A DNA stretch of 63,995 bases, filler included, from Rhabdomonas costata (lineage: Eukaryota): NCBI GenBank assembly GCA_019059605.1. It is 31 parts of 31 records of this genome, joined end to end, with 100 filler letters (N's around TTAATTAATTAA, not from the genome) between each part and the next. Parts side by side here need not be neighbours in the genome. Positions count along the whole stretch, not along the records: positions 24,820 to 26,787 come from JAHMHO010006881.1; positions 26,888 to 28,855 come from JAHMHO010006882.1; positions 28,956 to 30,923 come from JAHMHO010006883.1; positions 31,024 to 32,991 come from JAHMHO010006884.1; positions 33,092 to 35,059 come from JAHMHO010006885.1; positions 35,160 to 37,125 come from JAHMHO010006886.1; positions 37,226 to 39,192 come from JAHMHO010006887.1; 24 more parts are not named here. One strand, 5' to 3'. The notes beneath the pieces are model-generated. The model was not told where the DNA came from, made no database searches, and saw only the letters and a list, made by a program, of their open reading frames with translations. This document shows, piece by piece, positions 24,720 to 37,315 of this stretch. Numbering within the stretch: position 1 is the first letter of the stretch; every line of letters starts with the position of its first letter. The position numbers and the translations under genes were made by a program.

Positions 24720-26996
24720 NNNNNNNNNNNNNNNNNNNNNNNNNNNNNNNNNNNNNNNNNNNNTTAATTAATTAANNNNNNNNNNNNNNNNNNNNNNNNN
24801 NNNNNNNNNNNNNNNNNNNGTGGGGTGGTGCAATAACGGATCTTCTTGGCAGCTTACTGACATTGCGAATGTGAAACGGGGGGAAACGCAAGAATTGTAA
24901 TGTAAGGTTATCTTCTCTTTGTGGTTCTCCTCCCACTGCACTTCCAACTCCCTCCCCTCTGAAAAGAAAAGGAGCCTCCTTATGTCCAAAGAGGTTGGTT
25001 GCTTGTTTCATTGCACCACCGGGTTTTTTTGCTCGCCGTTTGTGCTTGTGTTGTATTTGTTTTGTTGGTGCTTCCGCTGCGTCGCTGCAACTTTGTGCTT
25101 CAAAGAGGCAATTCTGTGTGAGTTTGTGACTATTTGCCGAGAAGGGGTGCAGGCCGCAGGGCTTGCTGTGGATTTGCATCGATATATGTATATCGATGCA
25201 AATATGGACCTCGCATTGCTTCGATGCTCAAACGATGTCAAAGCCAACCCGTCCAGCTGAGTCACATCCGAGAGGCTTTAAGAATAAATGGCTCGCCGAA
25301 AAATCCTGTCCGGACCCGCGTTGCGAAACGCAGCCGCTCACGACTCACCGTGTGTCAGCATCTGGCGCGAAATAACCGGCCGCACCTGTATCCCCCCTCC
25401 CCTTCAACCAGCCGCCAGTGTAGGAACTGCTTCCCTCCTTTGATCTGCAGGGAACCAAAAGACATACAAAATCACACCCCAACAGAATGCATTTTGGTGT
25501 CTTTTCCAGCATTCCAGTACGCAGTCGCACCACGAACCGCGGAATTTTGGAAAGTTTTCTTCCTTTGATGAAGTAATGGTGGTGTTTCTCCCATGCTCCC
25601 CGCCACCACCATCCTCAGCACCCTTGGCGCCAAGAAAGGGGTGAGTTCTTCTATCCAGCTGTGCGATTCATTGTACCCCTGCTTTTCTTACCTACGAATC
25701 CCGTAGCAACCCAACCAGCTGAGTCATTGCTGAGGTGGCTGGAAGAAAAATCATTTACTCGGGCCCTTGTAACGGTTGGTGGGGAGTGTCACCTGACCAC
25801 TCTGCGGTTCACAAGCTTGCGCATACATTGTGTTCCCGTTACTCAAACAGAGACAAGAAACGGAGGAAACAGTGATGGCAATGTGCAAAGTCTGCAACGT
25901 GTCAGGCAGAATCGCGGTCAAACCATGTCTGATCTGGTCACCTTTGTGATTAATTCTCATAAAGTACGTTGCACCGCAAACTCGTTAACTCAGAACCACA
26001 GAATTTGAGGGTTTTTTTTGGACTGCTTTGACTGCTTTATGGTTACCAATCAGAAAAACTTCCCGTGCGAGTGCCACACGCCACACAACCTGCATGTGCG
26101 ATGTGTTTACCATTAAGTCTAAATTTTCCTCGTGCCTACGGCGCGGAGCAAAACAAAAGACATCTCTTTGATACGGTACGAACGAAAAATGGCAGGGGGC
26201 ATCCTGTGGAAGACGATGGCAATTCGTGATAGGCACCTGGTATGTGTCTGAATTTCATACGTTCATCAGTGATGTGGGTTTCCACATTACTTCTTCTGTG
26301 GGATGTCCCGAAGATAGATGTGATTCACTCTATCAGTTGGTCTTTGTGTTGCAATGCTCTTTCTTTCAAGGCTTTTTCTACCGCCCTTTTCTTTTTTGTT
26401 CTTGTTATTTAGCACTCCGTGCACTTCAGCTATGGAAGTCCGGTTTGTTCATGACCCGTACTCCGAGGAAGGTTCGTGTTTGCTGATGTTTGAGTTTTTC
26501 TTGCGGGTCTCTGAGTTGACGTAAACCCCGTCCAGGGTGCATTTTGTTCTCTCTAGTTTGCTGGCTCTTTGTTCCTACCGCCTCTTGTCAGGTCCCGTGG
26601 ATTAGTTTGAGCTCGGGCTTTGGGACCGTACCGCTTTGCGGTTGTCATGCAGTGGTCATTGGACAAGTCACTAGCGCCGCTATGGCCGGATGGAGAAATG
26701 CCTTTGAGTGGGTGTCGATCCTTCTCACTCGGTGAGTTCGCTGGGCTTCTGGAAGAAAGCAGGCCATTTGGGCGCTCTGTTCCCACCNNNNNNNNNNNNN
26801 NNNNNNNNNNNNNNNNNNNNNNNNNNNNNNNTTAATTAATTAANNNNNNNNNNNNNNNNNNNNNNNNNNNNNNNNNNNNNNNNNNNNGTGGGTTTTTGCA
26901 TCGTTAGCATTCGGTGCCTGCCAGATGTTTTTTTTGCAAATACCTGGGGTTCAGAATGGGAGGGGATTAGCGCGATTACTTTGAACGCGCACACAG

Positions 26997-27629
26997 GGAT
27001 GGCACCGGGAAACTCTACCTCCCCAATGGACTGGTTTTCACGGGGACCTGGAAGGAGGACAAGCATCAGCAAGGAGAAGGGACTTACCGCTTTGCCAACG
27101 GCGATGAATACACTGGTATGACAATGTGTTTGAGAATAGCTTCTTTTTTCCAGACGTGTTCTTCAGCGTATGACCCTCTGAATGTTCGATGGACTCCCAT
27201 TGAAAGAAAACCAACCTAGACCAGGCCTTGACGCCCTGGCTTTGAGTATCACTTTTGCTGTGCCACCCCCATGAGTGAAGTGAGTCGCTACCTCGGTGAT
27301 GGGCCCCACAAGAAAAGATTGCAATAAAAAAGGAAAAGAAGTTTTGCTGTGCTTCAATTTCGCTGGCGTTCGTTTTATGAGACATGTTGATTGTTCTTTT
27401 TTCTGTGGCTGTTTACATCTGACGTGAATACAGCGAACACATTAATTATTATGGGGGTATGCCCTCCACTAATTATGGTTTCAAGGGGAGCTGGCGCTGG
27501 AGCTGCAGCACAAGCAGGGCCAAGGGCGGTGCGCCTATCACACGGGCGAGATCTACGAGGGCTCGTTCAAGGACGACCTCCGCGATGGGCAGGGCAAGCT
27601 GATCTACACCAACGGGGATGTGTACAACG
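26997..27629 (+). CDS. MORN-repeat protein; partial
   Basis: Exons 26997-27115 and 27486-27629 encode GTGKLYLPNGLVFTGTWKEDK, GEGTYRFANGDEYTG and YEGSFKDDLRDGQGKLIYTNGDVYNG. Confidence 0.92.
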
Positions 27630-28478
27630 GTGTGCGCATCAATCTCAAATCCTCTGGGGTTTTCCGGTTCTGTTTGCGTCGATGGCGCACCTCCCCATGG
27701 AAACCAACTTTCTGCGGGTAAACAGTTTTATTTGGCGAACATGTAGCAGCTCTATTTTGCGTGCCATTTTGGCCAATAATGGGACACTTTAAGACTTACT
27801 AGTTGTTTTTCGGGGGGGGGGGTTACTGTGCTGCAAAAGGGCCGTGACATCTCTTGTTCTGAAAAGTAAACCGCATAAAACATTGTTAGCCTATCCCAAA
27901 GCACCTGAGCTGCGCCCGCACCTTGATTCAAGCATCTTTTCAAAGCCACAGTCGAATATTTTTTCGGGTCTGGATTAAGGTTTTCAGGAATTTTCCTGGG
28001 GGAAAACTGGTGATAGGTGTGCACTGCATTGGTCACAATCCTACTTTTTGAGATCCCCAAATAGAATTGCCCACCGTGATATTACGAAAAGTTGGAACGG
28101 GCAGGTTGTGCGGAATGGGTTTTCGGTCACACAATGCCACTGCGCGAGGAGGTTGCTTGGTAGCTGGGCATGCAGGCAGTGAGAACGAGGACGAAAGCTT
28201 ATTTTCATTTCGCTTGTTTTTTTGTCTTGGATTGCGAACCGTGTCTTTGCCATCGAACGACTAGCGACAATGGGGCAGGGTTTGACTCGAAACTTCGCCC
28301 TTCTCTGTGTGTGACATACCTGATGGCTCCAGAGGGACTGCACCGGACCAGTTTGCTGGCTTGCATCCTGTAAAGAGAAGTGTATGCTGGCTCAGCGGCC
28401 CCGCCAGCCCCGATTTCTGTGGTGGCCTTCTCCGGCACATTTTTTCGGGAAATGATAATTGGGGGGGGGGCGTGCCCG

Positions 28479-28855
28479 TATAATGGGGTATTATAGCCAT
28501 TATACTATAATATCATTATACTAATCATTATACTATAAACGACGCTATGAGTAGAGGAATATCATTATACTATAATTTCATTATACTATAATGATATTAT
28601 ACGCCTCGTATTATAGTATAATTTCATTATAGTACAATGGCTATAATACCCCATTATAGCACACATTCTACATCCAGAGTTAGGAGGCGATGGACGTGCC
28701 TCCTGGGATTCTAATAGATGGTTTTGCATGGGTTTAGGAGGCAATGCACACGACCCCTGGTCGCCGTGTATAATAGCTATAATGGGGTATTATAGCCATT
28801 ATATTCTATAATATCATTATACTATGAACCATAATATCATTATACCATGAATTTC
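28479..28855. mobile_element. AT-rich foldback/MITE-like repeat built from ATTATACTATAAT-like subunits
   Basis: 33-bp inverted repeats at 28479-28511 and 28626-28658 (1 mismatch), with a third direct copy starting at 28778. Confidence 0.6.
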
Positions 28856-29582
28856 NNNNNNNNNNNNNNNNNNNNNNNNNNNNNNNNNNNNNNNNNNNNT
28901 TAATTAATTAANNNNNNNNNNNNNNNNNNNNNNNNNNNNNNNNNNNNNNNNNNNNAAAGTGAGAGATGAAAAAAAGTGTTACCAAATAAGTCGGGTCTTG
29001 GACTTGGGTTTCAGGACAGTAAATTGAGTTCCCAGGTAAAACCATGGCGACATAGTTACTTTTTTACCTTCAAAGCGCCATAGCGTGCTTTTCTTTTCTT
29101 CAATTTACTGAGGTTTTCAGATGTCTGGGTGGGCCTGGAAGCGTTTTTCCCCTCTCACTTTTGACATGGCACAGACCATATATACAGGGCACCCTGCTTC
29201 GGATTTACCCCCGCAATAGTATTGTCGGCATATAGCTGTGGACTTATCGGAACTCCCTGGTAGTCTTCAAATGGGCAAATGGGCAATGAAAACCAAAGCT
29301 TGCTTGACTACGCACCCTAGTGTGAGGCAATCCTGTCGATCTTTAACGGGGAAAACGTATCAGCCCAGACAAGCACTCCTGCTTCAACTTGAGTGGCGTT
29401 GAACACCAAAGCAATGCACTTCTGTTGTTGCCCCACCGTAAACCTCCGAGGTCCAGAACTCATATCATGAAGTCCTTCGCCATTCGTCCCCATCTCCGGA
29501 AGTTCACGACTGCACTCCCTGCCTGTGTCTTCTCTGCTGTGGAGAAATGCGGTGGGGTAGTCTGGGAGCATGCAGTGCATGC

Positions 29583-30549
29583 CTGGGTCGGGCACCGGGG
29601 CCAACACAGGAGGTGGAGGAGAAGGCGACGGAGAGGGCGACGGCGACGGCGTGTAGCGGGCCATCGCAGGGGGACTCGGCCCGGGCACGCAGGGCAGGGT
29701 GACGGTCTCCCCGATTCTCACGATAGAGGAGGGGCGGAGGTTTGCGAGAATCTCCGCGGGCAGCTCCGCGTCGACGTCTACCTCCACCTCCACCACCCCT
29801 GCCGGAGTGAGGGGCACTCTGACGTAGTACCGCTCGTTCCTCTGCCAAGCCTGTGAGGAGAATGGAAAAAAAAACAGAGAGAACAGTCGTAAAAAGACTT
29901 CCACCAAAGATGAAAGCGGCAGAGGGAACTACAACAGCCAAAAGGAACCCTGGCTAAGGATTTGTTCAGTGTTTCATCCCCTGAAACACCAAAAGTAGAT
30001 ATTCGAAGAAAGACGGCTTTATAGCACTCTTGCCCCCGGCCTATATAGGCTCCATAGACCAGGCCTATGGGTCAGCTGGACCACAGTACTACTCCAGGGT
30101 CCCCGATAACCAGAACCGCTCAAGGCACCATGTGGCCCAGGCATTGTTTTGGACCCCCCAGAAGTGCAATCGAGGCAATTTAATCCACTTGAAGCCCCCC
30201 CTTAACCCAGACCTGCCTGTTGACGGTAATGGAGTTCAGAGAAGTTGCCATTTGCCTCTGCACCGGACCGGAGTCTTCTGCATGACCTCGTATCAGACAG
30301 AATCATTGGCAGCGAGCCGCATACCCTTCGCCCTAGAACCCCCTGGCCTGCAAACTCGATGCGCTTCCCAGTGAACCCCAACAGAACAAGAAAAAGGAAA
30401 GGCAAAGGCACCGCCGCGGCTTCCAGAGTGAAGATGTTGAACGACCCGGAAGCAATCTCCGTGTCATGGCCTTCCGTTTCCCGGGTGGCGTCCATCAGAG
30501 TGATTTTGCCGTGAGTCTTCGTGTAGTCCACGACGAAGAAGTTCAGATC
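29583..30549 (-). CDS. C2-domain-like protein followed by a Pro/Ser linker; partial
   Basis: Exon 30412-30549 (LNFFVVD...KITLMD...DTEIASGSFNI) and an exon starting at 29850 (VRVPLTPAGVVEVEV...PSPSPSPSPPPP) join in phase 0. Confidence 0.6.
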
Positions 30550-31335
30550 CTGCCATAAGAAGAATCTCAGTCATGCCCTTGAATGGCGTTTCGGAGTGCA
30601 GAGTCTGGAGGGGTTAGAGTACCGCCCCACGTGCCAGCTCAGTGCCAGGTACCTTTTCTGATGCATTTTCAATCATCAAGCCCATTTCCCTCCGCTTCCG
30701 AAACTACGTTACACTCAGTACTCAAACTCAGAACCCATATTTTTCAGCTGCCGCCATGCCAGAGCGAATGAAAAACTCTTTTGGCTTCCTTCAGGAAACA
30801 TGTCAAGCTCTGATTTTCGGGATGTAACATGCCACGTATCTGTGTATACATGTGTGTGCGCGCGTGGCGAAAAAAAAGAAGAGGAAACGAAGAGAAGGAA
30901 CCACGGCAAGTCACACACCAACCNNNNNNNNNNNNNNNNNNNNNNNNNNNNNNNNNNNNNNNNNNNNTTAATTAATTAANNNNNNNNNNNNNNNNNNNNN
31001 NNNNNNNNNNNNNNNNNNNNNNNTTTTGGTGGTTTGTTTCATTTGCTGCCTGGCCGCTTCTGTGGCTTCTGTGGGATGCACCCCTCTCGGCTGCTGGGTG
31101 AAGATTATTCGGAAACCTAAACGGCGTGCCAACGCAATCCAGCCCCATTCAAGATAACGTTGGAGACAACTTGCACGGAACTGCTTGGCAGGGACCTCTC
31201 CCATGGGCCGTCCGTACGCCAACAGACACACGCACGCACACAGTGCTGTGGAGTCTTCGAAAGTAAAGGGAAACCAAAGAGAGTGAGAGCGGGTGGGAAT
31301 AAAGGAGGGCGGGCGGTAGGGTGTGGCGCAGAGGC

Positions 31336-31484
31336 CTTCACGAAGTAGTTCGTCCCCGCGACGATTTGGGTACGGTAACTCACTGCGGTGAACTTGGAGA
31401 AAGTGCGCCCGGAGGTGTTCTGGACCTCATGCCGCACCTGGTCCACAAGCTCCTGCACCTCCGGGGTGGCCTCACGGGCCGCGC
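31336..31484 (-). CDS. Stefin (type 1 cystatin) exon
   Basis: AREATPEVQELVDQVR...FTAVSYRTQIVAGTNYFVK contains the QxVxG motif. Confidence 0.9.
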
Positions 31485-33570
31485 CTGCCCACCCAATCCT
31501 CAAATCCAAACTAAAACCCCCTTGCGTCAAACCACCATCCATATCTCAGAAAAAGGAGAAAAACCAGCACAAGCACAGGCAAAATGTAACAAACTGACAC
31601 ATTACTCACCATAATCGTCGGGAGGGTTCCCTCTCCCTTTCTCTTCCCCCACAAACCCTCACGTCGCAGTCAGGAACATACTGAGATATGAGCACTGCAT
31701 CTGCAGCATTGCGGAACACAAGACTACTGCGGTTACGTCAGTCCACCTGCGCCGTGTCTATACTGAACTGGTGCGCAACATCGGAGGAGAGGGGAAGTGG
31801 GAAGCACCTGTTCCCCCAAGCTTCATGGTGAAGCTCGAGGAAGTGAGCACGGCAAGGATCAGCAAAGCGGTCATCATTCCACGCGCCATCGCTCTGCTAC
31901 AGTTGTCAAAAGAGGAAATTGAAAAAGCTGGTACGTCCGGAGAGGAATGCTACTGAAGAAGACGCGAGGAAGGGTGACGTCGAAAGGTGTTTTATTCGGT
32001 AATAAGAGATACGCCTCGCCGCTGAGGCTACAAACAGCACAGCTGTTCAATGGAATCCAGTTCTGAGCGTTGGAGCGAAAAGTGGAATAGAGCTATCCCA
32101 TACCAACATACATTTCATCTTCGAAGGGTGACGGAGAGGTGAGGAGTTTTCGAAGTTTCCGTTGCGGGCCCTGGATGGGCGATCGTGGATTGAAGGCTAT
32201 GTCCCAGTCACGGTGCACATCCTTCTTACAAATGAGATTGGCGTTTCGCAGCGTTTCCTTCCTTGCCCAAACCTTGTTAGAGCCCGCTCCACGAACGGTT
32301 GGCTGCAGCCGATGCCGTCTCATTCTGTTGCGGAGAGTCACACAGCTCACAGCCGGCCGTCTTGTGCATGCGCTACACACAAGTCTTAAGGCAGAGCTCC
32401 CGTTGTCACACCCAACTTTGATCCCTCTAATGCTCAAGTGCTTTTTTACATTTACAGTGGCGGAGGAATGCCGAAGGAAGGTGAAGGTTATCAGAACCTT
32501 TTGCTGCTCGAAAGGTCGAACGTTTAAATTTTTCAAGAACAATCCAAACGCTGATACCGGCAAAAAACCATCGAACCAATGGCGCCAAGAGGTGGTTGAA
32601 CTATGTAGATAATCCTCTTGACAGCAGGCAACGGGAGCGGCATGCGCTACGCATCCGCTCGCTGATAGCTGTGGGTTTCCTTCACCACCGTTCCCAAGAA
32701 CGTGTCAATCGCAGCATCCCGGTGGGCGGGCTTGGGACCGCTCCAAACACAAAAGCCGTGCATAAGGCTTCGCAGCCACCAGGTAAAGGCTCTCCCAATG
32801 CTCTCTGGATTGCGGAAACAAACCGCATCCAGACAGGGGGTTGTTGAAATTTTTATTGAGAGGAAGGGGGGGCTTTCATGCGCAAAAAAAATCCATTAAA
32901 CCACAAAGTCAAAGTTTTCTGTTACCCCTCCTCTCTATGGCACATTCCTCTGCTACGCCACCAGCGACTGGTTCTCGCAGACCCAAAAACCNNNNNNNNN
33001 NNNNNNNNNNNNNNNNNNNNNNNNNNNNNNNNNNNTTAATTAATTAANNNNNNNNNNNNNNNNNNNNNNNNNNNNNNNNNNNNNNNNNNNNTGTTGGTGG
33101 GCGGACGGTGCGCCAGCCTACAGTTCTTTCTCTTATCAGTAAAGGGCAAAAAAGGGCCCTTGCAAGCCTGTGTGAAGGCAAAATGGGCTCAAAAATACCC
33201 CAAAATGGCCCTGAAATGGCCTCAAGCGTGGCTCTAAGCCGAACCCTTCCGGCCCACTCCGGTGCCAGCATGAAGTACTCTACCCTAAGGGATGCTAAGC
33301 AGGCCCGGCCGAAAGCTTAGGCTTTGCAGGCCCGAAAAGCGCACCGGGGCGGGGGTTGTTTACAGTGTTGTTGCTGTATTTCATGCTTACTTTTGCTGCG
33401 GATAGGGACCTTTGCATAGGGACCCAATACCCTTGTGATTGTTCTCGCCTGCCTGCTGTGATTCTATTGCAAAGAGAAGGTAGCAACGTTGTACGCTCCT
33501 GGTGTTAGGAATTGTGGGCGACGCATTGCGACAACGCTCCGGCGCCTCTTTTGGCAACATTTGCCCGCAG

Positions 33571-35059
33571 AAATGTTTTCCTGTGTTGCAACGAAATGGT
33601 GGTGAAGCTGGGGGACTTTGGCATTTCCCGGCTCCTCAGCAGCTCGCGGGTGTCCGTTTCTTCGTTTCAAAAGAGTAATGATCTTTCCCCACGCTGTCAG
33701 TGTCACTGTGTGCACAGTGGTCAATAAGTGTAATTTTACTGATTTAGCGAGGAGTTGGTCGATTGTTTTAGACGTTTTAGACGAACATGAACAACTGGAA
33801 CGCTCTGGAAGGACAAGGCAAGTGACAGAAAATTTTGTAAGAGAAGACCCCAGGCCTGCTTCGGTTGTCCTCTCGAAACCTCTACTCACTCTTTCCGCTC
33901 TTCTTTCTGCCTCAGGAGGAAGCGGGCACCTTTGTGGGGACGCCTTACTGTATGTCAGTGTTTGTCTTCTACGCTCCTTCGGCAGCTCGTTTCTTCCGTT
34001 TCTTCGAGCTTCTGATTTCTTCTCAGACATGAGCCCAGAACTCATTCTTGAAAAGCCGTATGCGTGTTGTGTGTTGACTTTCTCCTTTGTGAATAAAAAA
34101 CTCTGCGCAGCTTTCCCTCCCCCTTCAACTTTGGGCTTCCAGGTACAATAACAAATCAGATGTTTGGGCCCTGGGCGTTGTTCTGTACGAGATCTTGACG
34201 CTAAAGCACGTATGACTGCTGCTGTGGAGTTCGGTTGTGGTGGAGAGGTGGTCCGCTGGGATCAGTTTGTCTCTCCAGTTGATTACCAGGCGTTTGAAGG
34301 CCGGACTTTCTGCGAACTGGCGCTTAACATTAAAGCCGGCGATTATGTTTCCATTGATGCTACTCGTATGCTTGCCGTCTCCCCAGTTTGTGCTTGCACC
34401 CGTGGCTGTGAATTATTCTTTGCGTTTTCTTTTCATTGTGTCACATTTGCAGCAATGGCGCCTCTGTACTCTGCCGATTTGCGGCAACTGATCCCCTTGA
34501 TGCTGCAGCTCGATCCTCTGAAGAGAATCTCAGTCAACGGAATTCTGAGGTTTCTTGCAAACCAGTGCTTCTTGCTGGCGAGTTTTTTCTTCCGACGTTC
34601 TCCAACCCAACGATCACACTTTTCCATTTTTCTCAAACTCTGGGCCATTGCTTCAGTGAGGAAGGCGATAGAAAGCGGACCTCAACCTGAACTCGAGCGC
34701 AGCGTCAACTATTTTGCCGTTGATATTCTATGGTCATTTCAGGCTTCCCGTGTGCAACCGAAGGTTGCAGCAGCTGAGTGCAGCCCAGTGCCCCCCACCA
34801 TCCATGGCTCGTGTTCCTTCCCTGGGCGCCGTGCCAGCCCCCGAGCTGGTACCTGCCAGCATTCCTGTCGCCCCTTGTGTCAGCAGGTTGTCCTCACCTC
34901 TCACTCCCCAGGGCGAACTCCCGGTACACAGAACTCCTTCGCTGCGCTCTCCACGTGCCCAGGCGTCACCCCAGCCGCTGATTCCTGCAGGAAGCAGCCC
35001 GCATCGCTCTCCACAGGTCTCCCTTCCCTTCCCCTCCCTTCCTCTTCCCACACCACCAC
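33571..35059 (+). CDS. NIMA-related (NEK) Ser/Thr kinase; partial, about 7 exons
   Basis: Spliced translation: NVFL...[59 protein letters not shown]...[15 protein letters not shown], then a Pro/Ser-rich tail. Confidence 0.95.
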
Positions 35060-35691
35060 NNNNNNNNNNNNNNNNNNNNNNNNNNNNNNNNNNNNNNNNN
35101 NNNTTAATTAATTAANNNNNNNNNNNNNNNNNNNNNNNNNNNNNNNNNNNNNNNNNNNNGGGGGTTTGTGTTCCCGCATTCCTCTCTGCAGTTAAGTGTT
35201 TTTTTTGGGGGGGTGGGGAGGAGGAGGTAATAGAGACATCCATTTTCATAGAGCGAGGCCAAATAGTTTGAATAGCAGGGGACTGAACAGCGAACTTTCG
35301 GTGTCTTAGGAAATGCTTTGGACGTCCAAGCACGACAAGTGTGTGTCAACCTTTTTGCACCGTCCGATTGTTCGGGAAGGCGGCTTCTCCGTAGGCCCAC
35401 CGAATGAATGATGGTTTGGCTGTGAACAATGGATATATGTTTGCGCCGTGTGATTGTGTGCTTTCGCTGGCGCTGGCGCTGATGAAACTGAGCCACAGCT
35501 TCTGCACTGAGAGGGGGTGGGGGAGAGAAAGAAGAGAGAACTAGGTCCCAATGTCAAAGAAGAAAACCTCTGGCAACTGGAACGGAGCTAGGGGAATTCG
35601 TATTGGTGGCACCTGGACCAAGCGGCAACGTTGAATCCAAGACTGTATCCGAAGCTCCCGAGACTCTTCTAAGTGTATCCCTCTTGTGCAG

Positions 35692-36163
35692 CTCTCAAAC
35701 CAGCTCTCCACGACATTTATGCTCTCGGCGATTGTGGAGCAGGTCGGCTACAACGTCAACCTTCGCACCACACAAGCCCATCAGCTTAATGCGGCTGAAG
35801 CCACTGCTCGAGTCGTGGGTGGCCTCTTCGACGGTGTATCACTGGACCGCAGCCTGACCCGAGTGGCGATGATGGCCGATGCCCTGTCCGAGGCCTGTGT
35901 GGTGGCTGGGGTGACCACCGCCAATGTCCCGCAGATTATCAACCGAGTCAACCAGAACCGCCTGTCGGAAGGCTACGAGATGATTTTGGTGCAGAAGCCC
36001 TCGGGCCCCAACAGCACCTTCGCGGTGACCAACACGCTACGGTACTGCCCCGCGGGGAACTGCACTCTGAGCTTTGACCAGCAGAGGGCAGTCCAGCTGG
36101 CGTTTAAGTCGCAGTCGGGCAGCATGCGAGGGATGTCCTACACTGGCCTTCCATCCTACATAG
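35692..36163 (+). CDS. Exon of a probable extracellular protein with a Cache-like sensor segment
   Basis: A 472-nt AG..GT-bounded, GC3-rich exon ending YEMILV...TLRYC...AVQLAFKSQSGSMRGMSYTGLPSYIG, resembling ALxGxxGxxxxxDYxGxxVxxxY. Confidence 0.5.
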
Positions 36164-36999
36164 GTACGTGGCTTCCACTAAAGATTTCTTCACCTTTTTA
36201 ATAGTCTCATGACACACATCGCATTAAAAGGTAATATTTTTATGTGCATTGTTGAAAACATGGGAAACCACAACACAACGAAGCGGGCAGGGAAAAAAGG
36301 GTTCATCCCAGATCAGTTCGAACATTTATTTTCTCGCTCGAGATGCGGGCAATTTTTTGAGACAGTTGGTATCTGCGCATATCAATGATGCACGCTTTGG
36401 TCTTGCGTCGATGAAAGATTATTGTATTCACGTCTGTTTCACGCCTGCGGTTGGAAGGAAAGCTATTCAAGGTCATTGCTATGCATTGTATGTAGCCCTT
36501 GCCTATGTCGTTGATGTCCATCAAACGAATAATGGCATAGAAATCCGCGTTTAATACCAGCGCCACCTTCAGAGGGAGAGTTTTTCAGGATGTTATTGGC
36601 TTACCAGAGATATTTAGTATATATAAAAAGGTCTGCCGTGGTATCTTTGTTGAAATGCTGGATTTTGAAAATAGTTGTTGGTTACATTTATCCTCGCACT
36701 GAAAAGGTGACGTAACGACATGTTCGTCTCGCGACTTTAGGAGGAGTTTCAGGAATTTGTCAGCCGTTGGCGCACAAATCTCGCCTTTGAGATTTCGTGG
36801 GTTCGTGGTCAGTATTGGCGGAAGTATCGTTTTAGCTTTTATTCTTTCTTCTGAAGTTGACCCGCGCCAAATCAATAACACATCCTCACCAGGAATTAGC
36901 TCACATCACCCATCATATAGGTTTGTAGGTTTGCACGCTGTACTCATTTATGAGTAACCAAGCTGAAAGGAGAAGATATGTGGTCTAATTGCGTTTCTT

Positions 37000-37125
37000 A
37001 TTTTCTGTAGCTTCTAATGGTCCGATGGACACCGGAATAATGGTGAATGCTCCCCTCTCTTCGAAGAGAGGGGAGCATTCACCATTATTCCGGTGTCCAT
37101 CGGACCATTAGAAGCTACAGAAAAT
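37000..37125. repeat. Perfect 63-bp-arm palindrome at a contig end
   Basis: Exact self-complement centred on TTCGAA at 37060-37065. Confidence 0.95.
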
Positions 37126-37315
37126 NNNNNNNNNNNNNNNNNNNNNNNNNNNNNNNNNNNNNNNNNNNNTTAATTAATTAANNNNNNNNNNNNNNNNNNN
37201 NNNNNNNNNNNNNNNNNNNNNNNNNAAAAAAGCGGCAGCAGCACACACGCTGTAAACATCAAAAACAACATCCCGAATCCGGGTTGATCCCGGGGGTTTC
37301 TTTGGCAAAAGCTTG

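Noticed and set aside
26218..26275. Hammerhead-like CTGATGA-N6-GAAA on the minus strand
   Set aside because: No stem I can form, and stem II is a single base pair.
36553..36612. Penelope-like reverse transcriptase motif (TFRGRVFQDVIGLP)
   Set aside because: The following MGSxxS and YxDD motifs are missing, so the match is too short to call.
37000..37125. Perfect terminal palindromes (also 16315-16445) as hairpin telomeres or miRNA precursors
   Set aside because: Zero mismatches, position at contig ends and duplication of an intron/exon junction fit fold-back chimeras from amplification.
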